A model generated the notes under the pieces. It was given only the letters and a program-made list of their open reading frames with translations, made no database searches and was not told the DNA's origin. A program made the position numbers and the translations under genes. From an uncultured bacterium (lineage in GTDB: Bacteria > Zixibacteria > MSB-5A5 > GN15 > FEB-12): a DNA stretch of 64,000 nucleotides. This document shows, one piece after another, positions 36,068 to 44,564 of this stretch (position 1 is the first letter of the stretch; the number at the start of each line of letters is the position of its first letter). Location: the NCBI GenBank assembly GCA_965372795.1, contig CBDVDR010000011.1:1-64000 (forward strand), read 5' to 3'.

Positions 36068-36382
36068 GTGCTTATTCTGACAAGGAGGTTAGGTGAGTCG
36101 ATTACTATTGGAGACAATATAAAAGTCTCAGTGTTGGGTGTCAGCGGTCGCCAGGTGCGATTGGGAATTGATGCTCCAAGTGATGTAGTCGTTCATCGAG
36201 AAGAGGTTTATGTCAGGATCCAGGAAGAAAACCGAAAAGCTTCAAAATCGCTAAAAAAGGATTTAGCCGATATGGTGAAGTTAATTAAAGGTAAAATGAG
36301 GAACAAGGATTCTACAAATAATTCGATGCCCGATATTGATTTTAAGAACAATCAGAGGGATAGAAAACATAGACGAGATTAA
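36068..36382 (+). CDS. csrA: Carbon storage regulator CsrA (long, FliW-type C-terminus)
   Basis: [15 protein letters not shown]...[28 protein letters not shown] start. Confidence 0.96.
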   Translation: MLILTRRLGESITIGDNIKVSVLGVSGRQVRLGIDAPSDVVVHREEVYVRIQEENRKASKSLKKDLADMVKLIKGKMRNKDSTNNSMPDIDFKNNQRDRKHRRD

Positions 36383-36423
36383 ATGAGTATTTATAGCAGT
36401 ACTCTTTAATTGAGGAAAGTAAT

Positions 36424-38355
36424 ATGCGTGTAACAAATTCGATGATTTCAAACAGAGTCGTGTTCAATATGCAACGCACTCTCACCCGTCTCCTGACTTT
36501 ACAGGGACAGATGTCTTCAGGAAGAAGGATTGAGAAACCATCAGATGATCCAATCGGTACTTTGAGGGATCTAAATTATCGTACCGAGTTGAATAGAAAC
36601 GAACAGTACATTAAAAACATTAATAAAAGTTCGTCTAAATTAACCAGTTATCAAAATATTCTGTCTGAATTAAATCAGTTGGTTGTAGATGCCAAAGATG
36701 AAGCAATAGGCATGTCAAATGATGATGCCGGAGCTGATAGTCGGGCGTTAATTGCTGTTGTTATTAAATCAAAATATGATTCGATAGTTGCCCTTGGGAA
36801 TAAATCACTCAATGGTAAACATCTTTTTTCAGGATTCAAGACCGATACCGCTGCTCTTTCCGCATCTGCTAATGGGGTAGTTTATAATGGAGATATGGGG
36901 AAAATTGAATATCCCATTGAATCATCAACAAAAATGACCGTTAATTTAAACGGCTCCGACATATTTTTTAAGCCGTTAAAAGGAATTGAAAATGTCAGCA
37001 ACCTGCATACTGCTGTAACCGGGGTAACACAATTAACCGACTTAAATGGTGGTACTGGAATTGATCAGACCGCTGGTTCTCTTACAATTAGTGATAATAA
37101 TCTGGGAATCACTTCTACGGTTGATATTAACGGAGCAACAGACATCAATGATGTCCTGACTGCAATAAATAACCAATTAGCAGCTGATGGAATAACCAAT
37201 GTTACCGCTGTTATTGGTGCTGAAAAAAATAATATAAAGCTTGAAATTGACGAATCAATCCCCAGACAAATTAACGACAATACCAATTTATTTAATTTAA
37301 ATAATGGTCATGGTCTTGACATGTCTAATGGATGGATAAATGTTTCAGATGGTGGAGCAATAAACGAATCAATCGATTTATCATCTGCTGCTACTGTTGG
37401 TGATATAAGAACAGCATTCAATAATCATATGACTGCTCTTGGTCCTCCGATGGATAATGTGTCGATGCAGATCAATGCGGCTGGAACCGGTTTTGAAATA
37501 ACCGACACAAATGGAGTTCCACTCGGTTTAACAATTCAAGAATTTAACTCTAATTCAACCCTCGCAACCGATTTAGGAATCGCCGGAAATATCGGAGCTA
37601 TGCTTGTCGGGGGAGACTTAGACCCTGAATATAACTTTACCGTCGCAGAAAATGGTGGAACAACGGCAAATGATCTCGGTTTGTTAGGGAATTTCAATTA
37701 CGATCACGTTGGTTCAAGTATAAAACCACAATTATCCGCAACTTCATTAGTCTCGGATTTGAATTATGGTTTGGGTATTGATTTGAATGAGATTACTGTC
37801 TGGCAGGGCAATGAAAGCAGAGTTTTTGATTTAACCGATCCGGCAATAAATACAATTCAGGATGTTTTGGATTTGTTTAATAATTCAGGGTTGGATATAA
37901 CTTTATCTCTAAACCAATCAAGCGGAACATTTAAAATTGTCAATAATGATCCATATAAATCATTAACAGTTGAAGATTCAGTCGGTGGAACATTGACGAA
38001 AAAGATGGGAATCTTCGGATCAACTGATTTACTCGGGTCAATGCTTGTTCTTACTCATGCTCTTGAAAACAACGATCGAGAGGGTATTGAGCTGATGCAA
38101 GGGAATCTTGACCAGGCTCTTACCGGCTTAAGACATAATATTTCAGTTGTAGGTTCAAAGAATCAAAGACTCGAATCAACTTTGTCGAGAATCAATGAAT
38201 TAAATTTTAATTATACAAAGTTACTATCTGAAGTAGAGGATGCTGACATTGCTTTACTATTGACTAACCTTGCTATGTCAGAGAACAGTTATCAAGCAGC
38301 ACTGTTAGCAAGCGCTAAAATTATACAACCATCACTGTTAAATTTCCTTCAATAG
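36424..38355 (+). CDS. flgL: Hook-associated protein FlgL with large insertion
   Basis: MRVTN..., SSGRRIEKPSDDP, HLFSGFKT, EDAD, YQAAL...IIQPSLLNFL. Confidence 0.93.
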   Translation: MRVTNSMISNRVVFNMQRTLTRLLTLQGQMSSGRRIEKPSDDPIGTLRDLNYRTELNRNEQYIKNINKSSSKLTSYQNILSELNQLVVDAKDEAIGMSNDDAGADSRALIAVVIKSKYDSIVALGNKSLNGKHLFSGFKTDTAALSASANGVVYNGDMGKIEYPIESSTKMTVNLNGSDIFFKPLKGIENVSNLHTAVTGVTQLTDLNGGTGIDQTAGSLTISDNNLGITSTVDINGATDINDVLTAINNQLAADGITNVTAVIGAEKNNIKLEIDESIPRQINDNTNLFNLNNGHGLDMSNGWINVSDGGAINESIDLSSAATVGDIRTAFNNHMTALGPPMDNVSMQINAAGTGFEITDTNGVPLGLTIQEFNSNSTLATDLGIAGNIGAMLVGGDLDPEYNFTVAENGGTTANDLGLLGNFNYDHVGSSIKPQLSATSLVSDLNYGLGIDLNEITVWQGNESRVFDLTDPAINTIQDVLDLFNNSGLDITLSLNQSSGTFKIVNNDPYKSLTVEDSVGGTLTKKMGIFGSTDLLGSMLVLTHALENNDREGIELMQGNLDQALTGLRHNISVVGSKNQRLESTLSRINELNFNYTKLLSEVEDADIALLLTNLAMSENSYQAALLASAKIIQPSLLNFLQ

Positions 38356-38373
38356 GATGGAAAAGGGAAAAAA

Positions 38374-38856
38374 ATGAAATTTTATACTCAAAAATTTGGA
38401 GAAATTGAAATCCCCGAAACAAAAATCATTTCGATGATGAAGCCTATTCTGGGATTTGAAAACTTAACCAAATTCTGTTTAGTAGAAGCTGAAGAAATGT
38501 TGCCCTTTTTATGGTTTCAATCTTTAGAAGATAGTACGATTAGTTTTATTATAGTAAATCCTCGTGCTTTTTTCTCGGACTATAAAATTGAAGTCAACAG
38601 AAATGAACTTTCAGAACTCAATATTAACAATGCCGAATCAGTGGAAACTTATGTCATTGCTACAATTCCTGAAGATCCCAAAGATATGTCAGTAAATTTG
38701 CAAGGACCTATTTTAATCAATACTGAAAATAATTTTGCTAAACAGATGGTGATGGTTAATTCCAATTATAAAGTTTCTCATAAATTATTGGATATGCTCG
38801 AACAAACAGAAGCTGAAAATGAAAAACATAAAGAACCTGAACTTGCAGGTGTATAA
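38374..38856 (+). CDS. fliW: Flagellar assembly factor FliW
   Basis: TQKFGEIE, PILGFE, WFQS, MSVNLQGPILIN. Confidence 0.95.
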   Translation: MKFYTQKFGEIEIPETKIISMMKPILGFENLTKFCLVEAEEMLPFLWFQSLEDSTISFIIVNPRAFFSDYKIEVNRNELSELNINNAESVETYVIATIPEDPKDMSVNLQGPILINTENNFAKQMVMVNSNYKVSHKLLDMLEQTEAENEKHKEPELAGV

Positions 38857-38985
38857 TATTCTTCTGTAAACAAAGTTATTCAAAAGGATTCGAAATGGAA
38901 TTCGGATTGTATCATTCAGATTTATCATCAAATTACCTTTCTCAGGATATAAAAGGCATTTCCCAAATTAGAATGGAGCATCATT

Positions 38986-41970
38986 GTGCCTAATAAACTA
39001 AAAAAAATGCGAGCTTTAAGAAAAGTAGAAATAGTAACATCCGAAACCTGTTTTGATGCTGCACTATCTCATTATCAAATGAAAGAATATGACAAAGCAA
39101 TCAGCTATGGTAAAAAATATTTTGATTATTCTTCTGAAAATAATCAATCAAAAGCTGTTATTTTTGAAATTTTAGGGAACAGCTCAAAATACACAAACAA
39201 TTTCAAACAAGCTGAAAAATATTATAAACAAGCACTTCAACTATCTCAGACTAAGCCACAAATTTATATCGAATATGCATTACTTCAAATTCATCTGGAA
39301 GAAACTGATAAAGCCCTTATTATTTTAAATGATGGAATAAATAAATATCCGAATTCAATCGAAGTCGAAATGTTAAAAAATCAGATTCTTGGAAACAGGG
39401 GATTAGATTCTCAAATTGATGATTTACAAAGTCACTATAATAATAATTATTATGATAAAGTTATTGAACATAGTAATGCTCTTGAATCAAAATACCCTAT
39501 TGAAGATACAAAACAAAAATATTTATATGATCGAATTTTAGCATTCAGTTATTATAAGGTTAACAAAATTGTTGACGCCGAAAAAATTATAAATCGTGGA
39601 ATTGAATATTCACCAAATTCAATCGATTTTTTCTATCTGAAGACTTCTGTCAGCCATACTATGAAGGAGTCTGAAAATACAATCTCGTTTGGGTCTAAGT
39701 ATTTTAAACTTATTGAAGAAAATAAAAATTCCGGCTATTTTGATGAAGATTATACAGTATCAAGTATTCATCAATGCAAAATCTCAAATAATATTGGAAA
39801 TGCTTATGCCGATAAAGATGACTTTAAAAAGGCATCAATACATTTTCAAAATGCGATTAAAGCAGATTCCGGTAATCATGTCTCCTATCAAAATTATGTC
39901 AGATTATTAAAGCATAATGATTCCGACGATAAAGCTTTGGAAGTCCTTCAGGATGGAATCAAACACAGCCGTCAAACCCAGGAGTTAAAAATGATGACTG
40001 AATCATTTAAGCAGCGACCTTCTATTTCAGCTAGCATGATTGTTAAAGACGAAGAAAAACTTCTTCCCGGATGTCTTGATTCTATCCGTGACTGGGTTGA
40101 TGAAATTATTTTGGTCGATACCGGTTCCACTGATAAAACAGTAGAAATTGCAAAGTCATACGGCGCCAAAATATATCATCAAAAATGGGAAGGAAACTTT
40201 TCAAAACATCGTAACTATTCCATTGATCTGGCAACGGGCGATTGGATTTTTATTATCGACGCTGATGAACGATTTGATATAAATGAGGTTGCACCGCTTC
40301 TTGAAATTTTGAGGAACAGCGATCATCAGGCGATTTCTGTCAATGTATATAATTATATAAAGAAATCGCGCTTAAAGGTTACCTTGGCTAACTCGGTTCG
40401 TTTGTTCCGCAGAGAGACAAAGTTGCGATATGAAGGAATTGTTCACAATTCATTAAAAATTCCTGAAGGTATAAAAATATTGCGGGCACCTTTTTCAATG
40501 GAACATCTTGGATATGATCTTGAAAAAGAATCGATGGATAAAAAATTCCTTCGGACCAAAACTCTTTTAGAACAACAAATAGATGATAATCCGGAATTTA
40601 CTTTTGCATGGTTCAACTATGCCCAGCTTTTCAGAGGGAAACTGTCTGAAGATATAGAAAAATATGCACCCAAAGTTATCGAGGCGGCACTAAAATCTCT
40701 GTCTTTATCAAATCCTGGCCACCTTGAAACCCGATTTATTCATTTGATGTCGCTTGATTTATTAGCCTGCACTTATTTTTCAATCGAAGATTATCAAAAA
40801 GCGAAAGAATATGCAGAATTAGCCTTGAAACATAAGCCGGAATACCTTGATCCATTGATGCTGATGGGGCATATCTATTGCAAAACCAAAGAATATGATT
40901 TATCTGTTGAAGCTTATAATAAATATCTGGAAGTTCAGAAAAATTATAATGAACATCGTGAAGTTGATTCAATAACCCTATATCATTCAGATTCTGTTAA
41001 TACCGCTTTATATGGCATTGGAGCTGTAGAGGAATTAAAAAATAATTTTGGTAAAGCCAAACAGTTATATCATAAAGTTATTGAAAACAGTTCCGATTTT
41101 TACGAAGCCGCTCTTTGTCTGGGTAATCTGTATTACAAAGACAATGATCTGATCAAAGCAGAAAAATATTTTAGACTGCAAATAGAAGAGGGCATGCCTT
41201 CTCCTTCGGCATCATTAGGCCTGGCTCAATTATACTTTCAAAAGCAGGCATTTAATAAAGCTGAAAAATATTTGCTAAAGGCGATAGAATTTGATCCTAA
41301 CAATCCGGAAATAAATTCAAGAGCCGGACAATTTTACTTTGAAATCGGTAATGGGGAAGAGGCTGCAAAATATTTCACTATAGCAATTAGTCTTGGCAAA
41401 AATGATTTAGAGATTCAAAATAAATTAGCCGAGGCTCTTTTTAAAATTGAAAATTATGATCAGGCGATTAGGGTATATAAGCAGATTCTTGAGAAAGATT
41501 CAGATTCTCTCACCGTTTTAAACGATTTAGGTAATTGCTATTTCAAAATTGAAAACTATTCACAGGCTGAACTATACTATCAAAAAGCGATTTCGAGTGA
41601 GAAGGCTGAAGCAGTAACATTTCGGAATCTGGGACTAAATTTCCTTAATCAGTCAAAGCACAAATCAGCCCTTGAAACCCTTAAAATCTATATGAATCTG
41701 GAGCCAGATGATATTGATATCACAAATTTGATTGGAGAACTTTGTTTAAGATCCGGAGAATATCAAACTGCAATCGAATATTTTGAACAGATATTAAAGA
41801 AAATCCCAGACTTTGTGCCAGCCATATTCAATTTGTCAGAATGTTATCTGGCTATGGGGCAGGGGGATGCGGCTGTGATGGGTTACCAGCGGGTATTATC
41901 AATCGACCCTGATTTCAAACCAGTGATAGAACGGTTAAAAGAGCTGGAACAGCTAATTTCATCCCAATAA
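38986..41970 (+). CDS. TPR-GT2-TPR glycosyltransferase (probable flagellin glycosylation)
   Basis: Central GT2 domain (ISASMIVKDEE, VDTGSTD, IDADE, HLGY) flanked by many TPRs; directly upstream of fliC. Confidence 0.88.
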   Translation: MPNKLKKMRALRKVEIVTSETCFDAALSHYQMKEYDKAISYGKKYFDYSSENNQSKAVIFEILGNSSKYTNNFKQAEKYYKQALQLSQTKPQIYIEYALLQIHLEETDKALIILNDGINKYPNSIEVEMLKNQILGNRGLDSQIDDLQSHYNNNYYDKVIEHSNALESKYPIEDTKQKYLYDRILAFSYYKVNKIVDAEKIINRGIEYSPNSIDFFYLKTSVSHTMKESENTISFGSKYFKLIEENKNSGYFDEDYTVSSIHQCKISNNIGNAYADKDDFKKASIHFQNAIKADSGNHVSYQNYVRLLKHNDSDDKALEVLQDGIKHSRQTQELKMMTESFKQRPSISASMIVKDEEKLLPGCLDSIRDWVDEIILVDTGSTDKTVEIAKSYGAKIYHQKWEGNFSKHRNYSIDLATGDWIFIIDADERFDINEVAPLLEILRNSDHQAISVNVYNYIKKSRLKVTLANSVRLFRRETKLRYEGIVHNSLKIPEGIKILRAPFSMEHLGYDLEKESMDKKFLRTKTLLEQQIDDNPEFTFAWFNYAQLFRGKLSEDIEKYAPKVIEAALKSLSLSNPGHLETRFIHLMSLDLLACTYFSIEDYQKAKEYAELALKHKPEYLDPLMLMGHIYCKTKEYDLSVEAYNKYLEVQKNYNEHREVDSITLYHSDSVNTALYGIGAVEELKNNFGKAKQLYHKVIENSSDFYEAALCLGNLYYKDNDLIKAEKYFRLQIEEGMPSPSASLGLAQLYFQKQAFNKAEKYLLKAIEFDPNNPEINSRAGQFYFEIGNGEEAAKYFTIAISLGKNDLEIQNKLAEALFKIENYDQAIRVYKQILEKDSDSLTVLNDLGNCYFKIENYSQAELYYQKAISSEKAEAVTFRNLGLNFLNQSKHKSALETLKIYMNLEPDDIDITNLIGELCLRSGEYQTAIEYFEQILKKIPDFVPAIFNLSECYLAMGQGDAAVMGYQRVLSIDPDFKPVIERLKELEQLISSQ

Positions 41971-42018
41971 TTGATATTTAATAATAATAAAATATTGAGT
42001 TAAGGCTTTAAAACTTTG

Positions 42019-42045
42019 TAAAGTTGTCGACTGATCTGCCGATGT
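42019..42045 (+). promoter_or_regulatory. sigma28 promoter of fliC
   Basis: TAAA(GTT)-N15-GCCGATGT. Confidence 0.85.
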
Positions 42046-42123
42046 TAAGGCTATGATAATGAAAGAATAATAATATGATAATGTATTCTCAAATGTCAAA
42101 AAAAGGGAGGTTCTAGTTTTTAG

Positions 42124-42252
42124 GCAGAGAAATTGGACTTTTTCTGCACTGACTGACTGCACATGGAAGTGATATTTAATGTGTCTTTTAAAGAAACTTA
42201 ATCACATAAAATCGGAGTAAGGATACTCCACGAATTCTCAAGGAGGATTTGA
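42124..42252 (+). promoter_or_regulatory. CsrA-binding GGA hairpins in the fliC leader
   Basis: GCAGAGAAA-TTGGAC-TTTTTCTGC, CAC-ATGGAA-GTG, GGAGTA-AGGA-TACTCC and TCAA-GGAGGAT-TTGA (the last contains the SD). Confidence 0.75.
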
Positions 42253-42255
42253 AAG

Positions 42256-44460
42256 ATGTCACTTCGTATTAATCACAACTTAGCTGCAATGAATGCACAC
42301 CGTAACTTGGTCAACACAACTGAAGCTTTGTCCAAGTCAATGCAAAAACTGTCTTCTGGTTACCGTATCAACCAGGGATCTGATGATCCTGCTGGATTGG
42401 TAATTTCAGAACAGTTCCGCGCTCAAATCGCCGGTATGAACCGTGCAATTGAAAACTCAGAAGGTTCTATCAGCATGATTCAGACTGCTGAAGGAGCTCT
42501 TACTGAAATTAATAACCTGTTGGTCTCTATGAGAGAACTGGCTATTCACGCTGCTAACGAAGGCTTCAATGATGCCGACCAGTTGGCTGCTGATCAGGCA
42601 GAAATAACCAACGCGATCAAAACTATCGATCGTATTGCTGCCAACACCCAGTTTGGTACCAAAAAACTGCTTGATGGAACAAAAGAAAATGTTGCTACGA
42701 TTACATCGAACAACACTTCTGGCGTGAACTTAGGTGATTCTAATCTGAAGACCGGCAACTATTCATTGACAGCCGTTAAAACTGCCGATGCAGCTGCCTC
42801 TCTTAACACTTCAGCCTATGGTATTTCTCTTGCAAATACTGATGGCGATCCGACGAATATTGGCGAAGGTATCCACAACGTAGACGTCATCCAAGCTTCT
42901 GATGTAGCTCAAAAAGTTGGTTCTTCCATGGCTATTACCGATGCCTGGAATAACGGACTCGAAGTAGCCGGTGCTGCAACTGCCGCTGCTGTAACATCAG
43001 GTGGTACAAACTACTCCGCTGCTGTTGCTACTCATGCTGGTACTTATTCTTTCAGTATGTATTATCAGGACAGCTCTGCAGGTACTGGTCAGGCGTCTGC
43101 TCTGCAGACTTTTGATGTTAATATCCAAGCCGGTGACTCAGCCGCAACTGTAGTATCTGCAATGCAAACTGCGATAGATGGTAGTGGTGAAACGCTGGCA
43201 AATAAAGTTACAGTTTCCTCAACTGATGCTGGTGGCGGTAACTTCAGTTTTACATTTACCACAAATAGTGAAGGTGCTCAGTATTCACTGAAAACAGAAG
43301 CTTCTTCAACAACAGCTAGTGGTGGTCTTTCCTTTGCTGCAGCCAGTGACCGTGGTGCCTCTTTAGGTGTTCTTCGTTACACTACTAACACCTATGGCAC
43401 TGCCGGTACCGGTGTTATAACTAATGAAGATGTCACCGTTGCAAACGCAACTTATACTGATATGGCTACATTGGTTGGTGCAGTGAACACTGCTGTCGCC
43501 GCTGCAGGTAGCTATGATGCTAACGATCTCGTTGCTTCTGTTGGTGCCGGTGGTAACTCAATCGACATCAAAACAAAAGACGAAGGTTCATTATATTATG
43601 TCAAACAGGTTGCCACCGCAGGTGCATCTTCTGACTTGAATAATGTTCTTGGTCTTTCAGTTGATGTTCAAAACAACTTTGGTGTGGATGCCCAGGTCAG
43701 TTTTGATAATTATGTCAACAACATTAATGATGTTCGTTTTGCCCAGACTGGTACTTATACTTTGAAATCAGACGCTGATAGCTCTTCCACTCAGGCTACG
43801 ATGGATATCGTAACTGATAAAGCTTCGGCTGCTGCTGGTTCAAATGGTATTACTTTTGGTCAGATGCTTGCCACAGTTACCGGTACTAAACTTTCCGTTC
43901 GTTTGAACGGTGGTTCAGCAGTTACCGCAACTGTTGGTCAGCAATCAATAATTTACTCACCTGATAGAGAAGAATCAATTTCAGTCAATTATGCATTAAC
44001 CTCTAATGGTGGTAATGAAACTATCAGTAATACTGATCAGTCACTGGTCTTCCAGATTGGTGCAAATGTTGGTCAAACAACTCGTATTTCTATGAGAAAT
44101 ATGGCTGCATCATCATTAGGTGACGGCATTGTTGGTAATATGTTCTCAAGCCTTGCGAATATTGATGTTACCACTGCTCAAGGTGCCCAGGATGCTCAGT
44201 CAGTTATTGACGCTGCAATTAACGAAGTTTCCACAACTCGTGGTGCTCTTGGTAGTTTCCAGAAGAATACTCTGGAATCCAACTTAAGAAACCTTCGTAT
44301 TGCTGCTCAGAATCTGACAGCTTCCGAATCAATGATTCGTGATACTGATATGGCTAAAGAAATGTCAAACTTTACTAAGAACCAGATCCTTATGCAAGCC
44401 GGTACATCCATGCTTGCCCAGGCTAACCAGGTTCCTCAGTCAATCTTGTCATTATTCTAA
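42256..44460 (+). CDS. fliC: Flagellin
   Basis: MSLRINHN...LSSGYRIN..SDDPAGL, IQTAEGAL, FQIGAN, IRDTDMAKEM, AQANQ. Codon usage looks like a highly expressed gene. Confidence 0.98.
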   Translation: MSLRINHNLAAMNAHRNLVNTTEALSKSMQKLSSGYRINQGSDDPAGLVISEQFRAQIAGMNRAIENSEGSISMIQTAEGALTEINNLLVSMRELAIHAANEGFNDADQLAADQAEITNAIKTIDRIAANTQFGTKKLLDGTKENVATITSNNTSGVNLGDSNLKTGNYSLTAVKTADAAASLNTSAYGISLANTDGDPTNIGEGIHNVDVIQASDVAQKVGSSMAITDAWNNGLEVAGAATAAAVTSGGTNYSAAVATHAGTYSFSMYYQDSSAGTGQASALQTFDVNIQAGDSAATVVSAMQTAIDGSGETLANKVTVSSTDAGGGNFSFTFTTNSEGAQYSLKTEASSTTASGGLSFAAASDRGASLGVLRYTTNTYGTAGTGVITNEDVTVANATYTDMATLVGAVNTAVAAAGSYDANDLVASVGAGGNSIDIKTKDEGSLYYVKQVATAGASSDLNNVLGLSVDVQNNFGVDAQVSFDNYVNNINDVRFAQTGTYTLKSDADSSSTQATMDIVTDKASAAAGSNGITFGQMLATVTGTKLSVRLNGGSAVTATVGQQSIIYSPDREESISVNYALTSNGGNETISNTDQSLVFQIGANVGQTTRISMRNMAASSLGDGIVGNMFSSLANIDVTTAQGAQDAQSVIDAAINEVSTTRGALGSFQKNTLESNLRNLRIAAQNLTASESMIRDTDMAKEMSNFTKNQILMQAGTSMLAQANQVPQSILSLF

Positions 44461-44479
44461 GTCTATTATAGATGGAGAA

Positions 44480-44505
44480 TCGGGGGAAGGAATTCCTTCC
44501 CCCGA
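44480..44505. terminator. Perfect 26-bp palindrome after fliC (terminator or 3' stabilising hairpin)
   Basis: TCGGGGGAAGGAATTCCTTCCCCCGA; no clear U-tract. Confidence 0.65.
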
Positions 44506-44564
44506 ATATTTGAAATGAAAATAAACATAATGACATTGAAGTCATTCTCTTACAGGAGTTAATC

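Noticed and set aside
42105..42150. GGGAGGTTCTAG resembles the 5' part of a preQ1-I riboswitch
   Set aside because: The complementary CCCTC strand and A-rich tail are missing, and the context (fliC leader) fits CsrA sites better.
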